41,176 bases of DNA from Catajapyx aquilonaris. Its lineage: Eukaryota. Made by a program: the position numbers and the translations under genes. Shown here piece by piece: positions 1-12,915 of this stretch. The notes below the pieces were generated by a model, which searched no databases, was not told the origin of the DNA, and was given only the letters and a program-made list of their open reading frames with translations. Positions within the stretch are counted from its first letter, which is position 1, and the number at the start of each line of letters is the position of its first letter. Location of the stretch: assembly GCA_000934665.2 (NCBI GenBank), contig JYFJ02003462.1, positions 1 through 41,176 on the forward strand. Direction: 5' to 3'.

Positions 1-1832
1 TAAGGTGTTGAAAGTTTATAGCGTGTATCCATATTTTATTACTACAGTACAATACAAAAATTATTAGAGTCGTTATGTTACAGCTGTAATCTTTCCGCAC
101 GACATTACTGGCAATTTCTCCGATTTTAGCTCATTTGCAGTGTTATCTTTTGTTTTGTGGGCAACAAGGGGAGCGAAACCGCCACAATTTGGACTGCGTG
201 ACCACATCTGGATTTCATACTAAGATACCTATGGTCGTGGTCCATGCCACTCGGAAACGGCATCACGGAACTATATTTGCTCCAAAAACAATAGCCAAAG
301 GCGACAATGTGCCAAAAGGCATTAAAAAACCGTGAACTTGATAATCTACATACAGAAAATGGAGAGGCCACACCCATTATGATTATATGGTAGCAAAAAG
401 GGCGCGGTTAATACGCAAGTACACGCATGTTTACCTATATGGCGATTACTTTTTGGATGTAAGCCACACAGAAGCTTTCTTACTCCATGTAAGTGGTTAC
501 AAAAAGAAACCCAACTTTGCATGCGTAATCTGGATCTATCTTTGCGCACTATGCTGGAAAACAGAGCAAAGAGGGGAAAGTTAGCTCAATTATGACAGTG
601 TCGTCACCATTTTGTTAAATGCATGCAACATTACAAATTCCGCGAAACTGTAAAAAAAATGTGCGAATTGCAAAAAAAATTTGCTGCCTATTGGACGTAA
701 CTGTCGGAGAACCATAAGCGCGAAGGTTGCCCCCTTTTTTATTGTCCTTTTTATGGCAACTCGAGGAGGTATTTTTGCTCTTTGTTTCTTTGGTCGACTT
801 CTTATGAGTCAAAATGACAGGAAAAGGGAGGGATAATACGAGTGATCCGGTCCTTTTTTTTCTGGACACTCACGGTCAATGCACAAATAGCATAAAAAGA
901 CGGTGGTATAGACGGACCTGTAGGACGAGGACACAAACACCATGAATTTGCTAAAAATTAGGTGGGGTTTAAAAAAAAGGGGTACCGGACTTTCGGTCTC
1001 GCTCAGATTGGTTCTTCTTGTTGTGTAATGAGCGAAGAAGGTGAAAGCGAATCCAAAGAGCAACCTTCAGTCCTAACCGCTGGTGTCCTTATTGCTTAGA
1101 TGACTTTCTTCCTATAGATTGCTTCTTCAGATGTACAGTACTGTATCGGGTAATTCCAACCATATTTTATGGAAAGTTCTGAATGTGCAAAATGTGCACG
1201 AACATTCACCCAATTACCATTTCCACAATAGATTTTTATAGCATGCGAGTATCCCTCATTAATGTTTAAAAAGTGTGCTGGAAACTCCAATCCGCTTAAT
1301 TGCGACATTATCCTGAAATCGCGGTTGTATGTATCTAATTTCAAGTGGGGCAATAGTAGAATAAGTGGGGCGTCTCTGTAAGCATCTGCATGAATGCGTG
1401 TAGGAATAGCCTGGAGTAGGTCCCGGATTTGTTGATGTAAAAATGATTGGTACATGAATGGGAGTCCTCGGGTGGAACCGCTATGGTCTTGCCAAGTAGG
1501 CCTTTCTTCGACCTACCCCCATCATCAACTGTGTAGTTGCGCGGAGATTGAAGTCCCTACGCCCTCCAGTGTCTCAAAAACTACCTGTACTTTGCTTGAC
1601 TTACCTTGGATCACACCCAGTGTATCCTGTGTTCTACTTTACGCACGTGTCACAGTTACCGGTATCAGATGTTTCGGAAGTGTGTTCTCTATATAGAGAA
1701 GACAGAAGAGTTCTCAAGAGGCATATATGGCAAACTATAATGTATAACTTATAACGTAGACCGTATGCCCTTTATAAATAATAAAGCAGGCAAATATCGA
1801 TGGCTCATTGACTTACTGCATACTGTATAGTT

Positions 1833-1946
1833 GAATGATGGCACTTCAGGCAGAGTAAGATACTGTATAGATGGTCTGATTACCTTCTATAATATAGAAG
1901 GTAACCAGACCATCTATCTTATACTCTGCCTGAAGTGCCATCATTC
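1833..1946. repeat. 114-bp near-perfect palindrome (foldback)
   Basis: GAATGATGGCACTTCAGGCAGAGTA...ATAGATGGTCTGATTACCTTCTATA-A-TATAGAAGGTAACCAGACCATCTAT...TACTCTGCCTGAAGTGCCATCATTC. The arms differ by one mismatch and two small indels. Confidence 0.92.
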
Positions 1947-4900
1947 TTGTTGGATTGGTACACAGCCTCGGGATGTTTACTAAAATTGTGAAACTTCCTA
2001 CTCGACATGCTCAAGCAGGTGTGAGATTGACATGTTTAAATCAAATATAATTAACAAAAAAATTTGGTTGAGGGAAAGCCCACTCTGATTTCAAGATATG
2101 CTGACCCTGTTTGATGGTTTCCGTTCCATATTCGTTGCACTGCTTGGAATCCTAAGAAAAAAAAGTGAGGGTTGAGATGAAGATGAGTTTGGTGTAGGGG
2201 ACACTGATAATAATCAGTGCTCGTGAAGCTGCAAGAGGATTTCCACAGGTTTCATCTTCATATCCCTCGAAATCAGGAATTTCGCGCAATTAATTGCGTT
2301 CCGCTTTTTTCTCACTTGCTAAGCAGGAGTGATTAACCTCCGAAATAATTGTACGACCCCTAGGTAATTTACCACCGTCTATGGGGACAAGTTGAGTGTA
2401 TACACGAAACTCAATTTTTACACGTCTTCAAGCACGTTTTTTTTTTACCTGACCTATCACAAACGAACAGTTATATTGAAAGTCACGATTGACCACACTC
2501 CACATTATTTTGGGGCCAGCATTTCATAACACCAGCAATGCACAAGAACAAAATGGGTTTTTCTAGTGCAGGAAGTCAGGCTTCTCAGGCAAGAGTTGGA
2601 GTATCCAGTCTGTGTGTAAGGGTCAACGCTCTTTTACCCAGAGGATGATGCTGGTCGGTGGCCCACGTCTTATACCTGAATGCTCCTGGATTTGCCACCG
2701 GCCAACCCACTACTCTGTGCATATGGGAATGGGTGTGGTTCTCCATCTAATCAGTAGTCTTCCAATCGGTTTCATCTCAAAGATGGTCGCCAGAGGGGTT
2801 CTCACAGATACTGGAAAAAAAAATCGCAAAAGAAGGGAAAAGCGACCTGCTTGCCTAGGGAAGGGCGGAGAGTGAAAATGCCAGCTGATGTAGATATGTT
2901 CGTTGTTATTCAGTTAGGTGGTTGTACAAGAGCTGGAAAGAGGAGAAAGGCATTTCTTTTTCCTAGGGACTGGCACTACCATCGTCGACATTTAACTGCT
3001 CAACTTCACTTCCTCGTCCATCCTCCACGCTTGCATGACTCGACGCTATTAACCGCCGTTCATTATCTTCTAGCTCACGGATTTACCCTGAGTTTCTTAT
3101 ATACATTTTGCGTCACTTAAGCTAAGGTAAATGTGTGGGAGCTCTCCCTACTTGGCCCAATCCGGATCATCTGGGACTGCCCTGTGTGAGAAGCCATAAA
3201 ACATTCCCAACACCTTTAGTTATGGTTATCTCTCCTTGAGTAACATCCTCGAGTCGCTGCCTCATGCTCCCAATCTCTTCCATCACTACACAATGCTTTA
3301 ATATTTTCTTTGTCAGCACGTTACATGACTTTCATGCGCACTTCCCAGTCATTAGCTATTGTTTCGCCCCAGGTGGGTGCCTGGGGTGGGCAATATGATG
3401 ATAGCTATTGTGAGCATAAATAGCAGCTATTTTGAGCTATTTTTTGTATTAGTCTATACCTGAAATCATTTTGCTACTAGGTACCAGCTTACCAAAAGTA
3501 GGCAAAAAAAATAGGAAAAAGTACCCGCACCAGTCAGCAGCATCGAAGCGACATCAGACGGTGAAGTGCAGAAGTCAGCTAGTCGCCACCCAGGGGGTGG
3601 CGCCCCGCGCCTGGAACAGCGTAAATGGGAATTCCGTGGAAAGGCCGCCGTCAGCTTTATTTTGTTGCGTTTTTTGAATTTTATAAAGTCCCTCGGCACC
3701 GTTTCCAAAAAAAACACTGCTATACACTGCCAGTTGCAACGATTAACCCATCACCCCCCTAAAATCGCACTAATCAGGCCATAATAGCGTGCAAGCCATA
3801 CCCAAAACCTTACGTGTCTCTTGATCATCACGTAGCTACCTGGATAGCAATTATCTGCGGCCCAGTTTTTGGCCTGCAAACCAGCTATGAAATCCATAGT
3901 TCCCATGGAGTTTGTAGGTTCCATCTCTCCCTGAGACAACACGTCTCAAAGTTTGATGCTCTGATTCAGGTCGTACTTTGCGGCATCATTGCCTTCACCC
4001 GAGGTCGTAGTCGGGACCAGGGAATGAAAGGACTGCCAGAGTCTTCCATTTATACAGGGCGGGATCGTGATGCCGCATCACGTGCCCAACTGATTTATCA
4101 CGATTCAGGTGCAGAGGACGCAGGGTATCGCACAAAGAAGTTGGTTCACACGGGCGTCGTTGTCTCCACAAGTCAGCGATGCGTGGCAGGCTCTGATTGT
4201 ACAGGGGGTCAGGACATTATTGATTAACCTGATCTAGATTTTTTGGGGGGGATCCGTGTTTTTTAAATACAAAATGTCGGTTCTGAAATGGGTCCTCTCT
4301 CTTGTTCGTCTGGAAGTGGACTCATAGCCTTAATACCTCGAGATCATTCCGGAATGACCAACTTCGTAGGGTGAATACAACGTAACACTTTTCATGTTTT
4401 GGGTGGGAAAAAATGTCGGAAAATATAAAAGAACGTGTATAGATTTACCCCCCCTGTCAGGACGGATCTGCATTGAAAAAAACAATGTTTCTTTGTATTG
4501 TAATCAACACGTGCAACTTTGCATGACAACTGTAGCTCTTTTGCTTGTAAACTAGCTCATTATACACAAATGACTATGTTTCAAAGAAAGGAATATGAAC
4601 TGGAAGAATCTCCAGCACGTGCTCAGGTTACTTTCCTGTTCTTTGTGCAGTAGACATGTGCCTTAGCATCGTGCATGCTTGTTAATTTTAGAGTCACATA
4701 TGCGTGCTGTAAGTACACCATAAAAGCACCTCTTCCAGAGCGGAGTAATCGACGTCATAAGGTCGTGCTGTGCTGCCAGACCATGGCAACCCTTAGGACA
4801 TCGATCTAACTTACATAACCACAATAGCCAATCAGGTTACTCGCATGATAGTAATGAACTGGGCAGTGACGTACCCAATTCTACGAAAAAGTTACGTCAC

Positions 4901-6234
4901 ATAGTTACCTTCTCAATTGTAAGCCATTAGAGTCGGTACATGGTACATGGAAAACCCCAGCCCCCCTACTGCTACTCGTGCAAGGCAAGCGTAACAAGTG
5001 ACGTAGTGTGACAAAGACTACGATGGACCGGGTGAATCCAATAACTTCGTCCAAATTGGGGACGCCTTCAAGGTCCTCAGAAGTGCAGTCAGTTCTACCT
5101 CGTGCTACCTGCAAGGTCCTCTTGTTATTTTTTCTCTCCATGGGCCCCCATAATCCCTCGGTGGAGCCCGCCCCCAAGGACCATCGATCCCCCAACCGAC
5201 CCAGAGGACCTTGAAGGAAACCTACCACCTTCATACCTTTGTTTCCACTTGTGCTACAACTTGACCAAACAGGAACTGAACAATGTGCATTGTGGAGTCA
5301 CATCAGTTAGAATCGTCTTTTATGTGCCATTTAAGAAATTTTAGTGGAAACGCCTTAGGGGGGTAAGCAATAAAACAAAGTACGTTATGAAAGGGTAAAG
5401 AGAGGAGGTATTTCATCGATTTTCCCACGCCATATTTGAGCTGGCCTGAGGGCTTGCACAAGGATGATTGAGGTAATTACCGATGCCAGAGGCTCCTACT
5501 TAATTCCAAACTGGGCTATTAGGACGATTTCGTATTACCTCAGGACATGAAAGGTGCCATTTAAGCTCAGCCCTTTAACCAACATGAATAATAAAGCAGT
5601 GAAACCTGTCTTCATCGGTTCCACAAAATTATTTAATAAATAAATAAATAAAAATAAAATGACCACATGCTAAACCACACCAACCTAATCTGGATCACGC
5701 AATTGTCATGCTGTCACTCTTTGGTGTCTCGCTCTATTTAGGGCATTGAAGTGGGCAACAATCGGAGTGGGTGACGAGGAACTGTATCTTCCCACCCTAT
5801 GTGGAATCTTTCGCCCTCTAAGAAAACTTCAGTCCACCACAAGTTGCGTAATTTTAGCCACAAAGAGAATTCCTGAGTAAAGGGGAAAGTGTGCGAACTG
5901 GTCTGCTTTACTATTCCGGTGGATATTTGGGGTGCATTTTTATACAATTCTTTGGGTCCTCTTGGGAGGCGTTCACATTTTTATCAATTATTTATTGGGT
6001 GCATGAATACCACCGGATACCTTTTTCTTATTAATTACATGGGTTAGAATCTAAATTGATTTTAACGTAGCAAACGTGGTGTAATAAGGCTGGAGAAGGT
6101 TGATTTTAATTGGTGGTATGGGATGGGAATATTAGTCTGGATTATTATGGAGCAATTAAAGTGCTCATGTTCTGAAAAGTGAGCTTCTGGACAATGCATT
6201 GTCACTTTCACATTGGACCTAATTACCTTTACAC

Positions 6235-6235
<1 letters not shown>

Positions 6236-6317
<82 letters not shown>
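6236..6317. repeat. (TTA)n microsatellite, about 27 units
   Basis: Perfect TTA tandem run read directly. Confidence 0.97.
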
Positions 6318-8421
6318 GCAGTTTCACTGTAGAGGAATTTTCAACTTTTTGCCAACTCAAATAGTGTGCAATTTTGACTTACTCTGCAGTGCATCTAGGC
6401 CAGGCCAGACCACTCTTTGGTCTGAAGAAACAAGCCAATAAAAACGAACGCATCCGTTTCGCGTGATGAACTTATCTTTGATATCTATAGCTTTACTGTG
6501 AACTGCGTACGGTACCTTACATTACGACGACAGAAATTTTCGGCTTCCCACGTGTCGTGACTCGGATGAAGTCGCAACCAGGGCCATCAAATTAGATGTA
6601 ATTGGATGGGAAGCGTTGTGCAAGACATGAATTTTTCTGGATTGAGAAACTAGTGACTATTACGGTACATACTCATTAGCAGACAAGTCAACAACCACCG
6701 CTGCTATATATTTTTTTTGTATGTTTGTGAAGGGAAGTGAGCCACCGTTACAGAACCGGAAGTTCGGGGGGGTCCCATCTCATATTATATTGTTAGTTCA
6801 TATCCATAAATTTTTCTCAGTGTCAGGACAACTTCGACATTACAGATTAAGGCGATAGGCATGACATTTTGGCGGAAAAGCAACACGAAATGTGCGCAGG
6901 AAGAGACGAAAGGGAGCGAGAAATATGGCCTAAAATTTGCGTGAAGGAATTTTGTGCGCATCACGCGAGAAGATACCACATATTACACCTGAGTAAAAGA
7001 CACGTCGTTGCCACATTTTTTTTTTACCTGTTCATCACTCTGATAAGGTGTTCAATTGAACGGAACAGATGGTTCGCGTGAATCAGTGCGGATGTGACGT
7101 GATTTCCGTTCGAATATTCGGGTCCTTATAATGCATGGGACATTGCATATGTGCATTTGGGAGGAATTCCCGTCGACGTCATTGGCACCTGAATTGTTAA
7201 AGTGGGAGGATAATAGCACCTGACCTGGCCAAACTTGAATTACGCCCTTTTGTTGACGGGTTCCGTTCAAACTACTGCTGGCAGAGATCAACGAACTCTT
7301 AGACCCTCTTTATAAATCAATCATTTTGGTAGACTGCAGGCTATGGGTTTTTACCAGAATACCACTGCAGTGGGTTATGACAGCAAAAATTGTTTAGCGG
7401 CCCCGACACAGATCATGAATTATGCCGATGGCAATACACGCAACTCGTACGATCGTTATTTGCCTTGCCCTTATTTACTGTGACATTTATGATGGGATGA
7501 ATCGCGATAGATTTTTTAAATATGTGTATGCTGGGAAATGCTTCCAGTTTGGGCTGTGAAGTTGCGTGTAAAGGTCAGACAAGTTATTGCTTATTAGTTG
7601 TATCCAGTAGGTAAATATCAAAGCTCGTAACTCATTTACACAAGGTAACAATCGAACAGGGTATGCCTGAAGGTCCCCCAGAAATTACTACCTGCTAATG
7701 TCTGATTCGAATCACGTGACCAACGCAGTTTTCTTTCTTTAGGATATACATTTTTAGCCCACATCCTGCAAGCTTTCACAAATAGAAAAAAAAAATATCC
7801 TCGGACGCAAAATAGCTTCAAGTTGGTGAAGGGCTACCATGAGCGTGACTAGGGTCCATTTTCCCCCAATCTGTTGATTACCGGTATTGCCTCTGGATGT
7901 GGGCGTGACAGAAGTTAGTTCTTAGCCGGGTATAAAATAGCCTGCATTTTTTGGAGAAGATATTATAAGAAAGATGTGTTTCCGTAACACCTACAAAGTC
8001 ACCCCCGTGCGACTGGTATCCTCCAATGGGAAGCCCAGCTTCAACTTTTGGAAGTGGACAACTTAACGGGTTTTAAAGGGCGCTCAAGAAGAAACTGGGG
8101 CAACTAAGGCCACACACCTACCTACCCAACACCTACTCTTATACACCCAAATGCACAACCGTATTTATCCGCCCATACATCTCGTTTCTGGTGGCATAAC
8201 CATGTCCTCACACATCAAGTCAGGTTGGTAATTGGCACTGCATGTAGACGGTAGTGTATCATTATCACCGTCTAGGTCATGCTTTATCGGCGATCAGTTG
8301 ATCGTACTAGTTGTTATCGGATAGTTAAATATGGTTAATGCGGCAGTGCTACTTTTTTCGAGGCTATAACACCAATTCAGTGTGTTCAAAAATTGGGTGG
8401 TGAAAAACAGGCCAAGTCCAC

Positions 8422-8489
<68 letters not shown>
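8422..8489. repeat. (AAT)n microsatellite, about 22 units
   Basis: Perfect AAT tandem run read directly. Confidence 0.97.
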
Positions 8490-8490
<1 letters not shown>

Positions 8491-10480
8491 TAGTAATGAG
8501 TAATCACTTTTTGAGGTGACATAAATCATGGTGTCAAAATAGAGGCATCAAGGTAGTGTAACGTGCTGTATTATCACGAACGTGGAGATTAGTATGCCAT
8601 TAGTGACGTCAAGAACAATGTCGTCGCGTCATGTCATGAGTCACATCATGGAAATCCGGCAATTTTTACCCAGCCATGGATATTGTTCCGCTCGTTACAA
8701 GTTTAATTTCCGGGATAATCGCATGGAACGATTTTTCCTCCTCGAGAATGACGTCTCAACAGATATTCTCTCATTAGGTCACGGTGTCCAAACAATGGCC
8801 CTGACATAACATGGTTTCTTAATTAGTTTTTATAAAATCCTGCGCATCGTTTGTCGACCTAACGGCGCATGATGTTTATTACTCACTGAATCACATTGTA
8901 CAGATATCTCCAGATTTATTTTTACATTGTGCTGGTTTACCAACTGTTTGTCGCACACACAAAAACAGGAGTTATTGACACATAAGGCAGGTGTTGCTGC
9001 ACAACAATGACACTTGTCACTCTATCCCGGGAACTTTCCACATGAGTCAGATGCATGTTGAAAAGGGTGACCGTGTGATGTCATCATCAGGACAGGTGGT
9101 CTAGTGATGAGGATGAGTGATAGAGAATGTGGGAATAGCCCAGGGGTGCGGATGCTCTTCCTGCATATCACCCCTTGTGATGAGATATGGCGAAAGGATT
9201 TCGCTGAGAGAGAAATGAGGGGAGATGTCTGATATATGGGACAGAAGATATCCAAGGGAAAAGAATATATCGATGGAAAAGATCTGTCCACGAGAAAGTC
9301 ACGTCGAGGAATGTTGTCGAGAAACAACGAAAAAAACTAGATCGGAAATGCAGACTTGCATAAGGAAAGTGGTGGAGAGCATTGAAATATTGACTGTGAG
9401 AGTGATGCCATCACAACAATCAGAATTGATGTGGTGAAAGCTATTTTTTATATATAATATTTTCATCCCCATCACCTATTCTTTGGCTCCCCTGGTGGTT
9501 TCCCACAAAATCCATTATCTATATGGGGTAGTCCTTTCTCGTTCTCATGCACTGTTAATTATGTCAAAACCGCTTTCCTTTTTTTTCGCGCGTTTTGAGT
9601 GTAGGTTATGTCACCCTTCAGAACAATAGTCTTTGCTCTGTGGTTCACCTCGATAGATTTAGAAGCAAAAACATGGGTTGCGTCAGTGTCCCATCAAATT
9701 TGTCCAAGTCAGGTATTACTTTTATCGTAAAATCCGCTGATATGAAATAGCTGTAGGTCATATGTCAGAGGTGACATCGGACCTTGAGCAAAATTAGTAA
9801 TTGACTCACATTAAGCCCCATTTTTATCACATTTCACGGCACTTCAGCATGTAGGGCATCATTAGATTAAATGTGCTCACCGTGTTATACCCCGCAACCA
9901 TTTCGTCAGTTACGTTAAAAAAAGTAAAAAAAAAAGTGGGGTCAGCCTTGACCCGAGCCGTTCTATAAAAATGGAAGGGCAATATGTAGGCCGTGCATTT
10001 TCTGCCCTGCGATGATTACGAGTCATGTGAAGCCTACACGACTGATGCATAGGGGGGCGGGGTATAACAGGTACGACATGCAGCCAGGACATAGCACATC
10101 ACAGGGTGTGAGCGAGACAAGAAAAGACTCGGGTCATGCGCGGCTGGGCGTGTCTACAGCTCTACAAGAACACGCCCACGCCATTGACAGCAGACGCTCC
10201 ACTTGCCTGATTCCGCTTTCAAATTGAATTTGCTCATGCTTCTGTGCTGCCATTGGTCATGCCCACTCTTACAATGCCACGCTGGACCATTGTTAAGCAG
10301 GCAATTAATTTCTGTGATTGATATGGCAATTACAATGGCTGTTACACAGTTCACGCATTTATTGTTGTCAGATGAGATCCAGTTATGCATGATGGATACA
10401 CTAGTTCCTCCTGTCAACCACCAGAGGCGCTGCATTGTCCCATTGCGCAGGCGTAGAACGAGAGCCAATCAGAAGCTTCT

Positions 10481-10687
10481 TAGGGCTGTGCGATATGCGA
10501 AATTACATATCGACATTCGATATTCAAAAATCGAAAATCGAAAAACCGACATCAAAAAAATCGAAAACCGATATCGAAAAATCGCGATATTCGATACATC
10601 GCACATGTCAAGCGTCGGATATAGCAACTTCGATATTAGGAAAATATCGTATCGACAGTCGATGTATCGAAATATCGCACAGCCCTA
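10481..10687. mobile_element. Non-autonomous hAT-like MITE
   Basis: Perfect 16-bp TIRs TAGGGCTGTGCGATAT / ATATCGCACAGCCCTA. The interior is packed with ATCG/TCGA motifs. Flanks AGCTTC-T and AGCTTCAT look like an 8-bp TSD with one indel. TAGGG termini are typical of hAT elements. Confidence 0.85.
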
Positions 10688-12854
10688 AGCTTCATACATA
10701 CAACGATTTTATTAGTATAGCTAATCGGATGTATTTTTGTTAAAACCACTGGTATTTGACTATTCGACACCCTGTACAAGACAGTCAAGCCCTTTTTTTT
10801 AGAGAGAAAAGAGCCGGTGCGGGGAAATGGGCGTGGGCAGATTTAGTGTGTGAGTCAACACATCGTAGTATCCGCCCGTCACAGTCCCATGCACTTGCTA
10901 ACTACCCCGTACGGTACGTTACCTTAGCTTCCCTAGCAACCTCAAGGGTGCCACCGACGTCAACTCCACCCAAATATCCAGTCTCCTCTCACCTCCGACG
11001 GCTCCTTTCCCATTCGACCTTTCCCCCCGAAGCCCACGCACTACGTAGATGACGTTCTTGTCCGATGCTGATCATGTGTGGTCTTATGTGTCATACTTGC
11101 TGCAGGATATGCGCCCACCGGATAGAATTCATGTCACGAAAATGTGGACTTTCCACATCGAATTGGTGTCAAGGGGGGTGCAATCTGGATGCTGCTATTA
11201 GTGGGCTGTACCGGTACAGGGTGAGGTAATAGCAGGACATACGCCAGGTGATATTTGTGTTTACAAGTTGGCTCAACCATATATGGGGTACGTACGTGCG
11301 AAACTGGTATTATCAAGTGTAATTTTAGATGCTGTGCGGAGTGCGGTGTACCGACCTGAATGTCACAAATTGTTACGTGAGGTAATTAGCACAGAATATT
11401 GACCAGTTCGAGGGAAGAAGTTGGATTGTTTATCCTAGCAGAAATTATGCTTGCACCATTGATACGTAGGCAAGATCGTGCTTATTGCCGTACCAAACAC
11501 GGCTTTGTGCAAGGTAAACTCTTTCAATTACAATTGTCTCCGAGTACATTCTAGTTGTTGACAAATCGATTATCAGGGTACTCCATGACTCTTTTTTTCT
11601 GTCTCTAGATTAGGCCCTACACACAAGTTCAAAAGTGAAGTTTCATATCTAAACGCTGCACTGTATACCGTCTTCAGCAGGATGTATTGAGCACGTGAGA
11701 CTGCCATTGGAAACTAGAAAAAAAAAAGCTTCCCGATAAAAGGCGTGTTTGATATCGTCGCCCATGGCAACCATTGGGGGGTCCTCGCGTGAGTGACGTA
11801 GCTTCTGCGATTGTGTGCCATTCTCCAGAGCCTCCCTGCCCTTCCAAGCTTTTCACCAACCATACTTTCCACGAGGACATTTGTTGGCTTTCAATTTCCG
11901 TAACTCATTGCAGAGTGATTCGGATCATTCAAGACTCAATTGTAACACTTCAACGACCACAAGGTACACATGAGCGTGACTTACGATTTTGTTACGAGAC
12001 ACCGCATTAGGTTAAGGTTATTATGATATCAGCTAAAGGATCTTCCATTGAGCTGCACCCTATCATTACTTTGCACAACAATGACCAACAGAAGGCAAAT
12101 TATCTCATAAGTACTTCCATCATTGTGCTTTTTGCAACATTGAAATGCATACATTTCGCTACAAATAAATGACCCTGAATCATTTTGAGAAAGTGTGTTT
12201 AACTGTTCTAAAACGTTAATAAATTTACAGTTCAGCCTACAGCCAGTTGTACACAAGTAGCCCGGAATGCTCCTTGCAAAATGCCTCCGTCGAGTGTGAA
12301 CTCTTGCGGAAAATCGCAATTGAGATGCTCGACTATTAATTCACACCTAAGGCCATTCGTACCATGAACTCTTCCCCATCCCAGCCCCCTGTCCTCCGCC
12401 CCTTCTTCCCACGGCAATGGCACACATTTGCGCACGTAAATAACACAACCAAGCACGATGTAAACGAACAATGGGAAATGGCGTACGCCTCATCTGGCGA
12501 TCATCATCACACTGATCAATCGGCCTAAGTTACGCTTAGTTTGTTGTACAGTACTTAGGAAAGACACATGTATTTTTTGATGATTGAGAAAGACTCTCGT
12601 TGTTAACCTGCCTGCTTTCCAAGAGGAGTAAGGAGAACGTGACAAAGCGACACGCCCATTGGACGCGAGCAGGGCTTACCATTCTAATCTGAGTACAATC
12701 CTCACGCTTTCTAAATCAAAGAGCATGAAACGAGACCGACCGCCGGATGCAGGTATAACATAGAAGGCACACGTCGCGGGTTCATAATTGCCTAAAACAT
12801 AATACGAATGTCAGAATTATCCAGAAATTTTGTAAATTCAAAATATGGGTATCA

Positions 12855-12915
12855 GGACTTTTCGCCCCCGGACTTTTAGTCCCCGGAATATTCGCCCCCC
12901 GTGACAATTTCTCCA
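12855..12915. repeat. Short degenerate tandem repeat (about 15-bp unit GGACTTTTCGCCCCC, 3-4 copies), probably a transposon subterminal array
   Basis: GGACTTTTCGCCCCC-GGACTTTTAGTCCCC-GGAATATTCGCCCCCC-GTGACAATTTCTCCA read directly. Confidence 0.7.

Noticed and set aside
6179..6364. Poly-Leu ORF
   Set aside because: Artefact of the (TTA)n microsatellite.
6236..8489. (TTA)n and (AAT)n as inverted ends of one element
   Set aside because: The flanking sequences show no complementarity, so these are independent microsatellites.
10203..10743. 161-aa and 102-aa Ile/Arg/Lys-rich ORFs
   Set aside because: They read through the ATCG-repeat MITE and show no protein family features.
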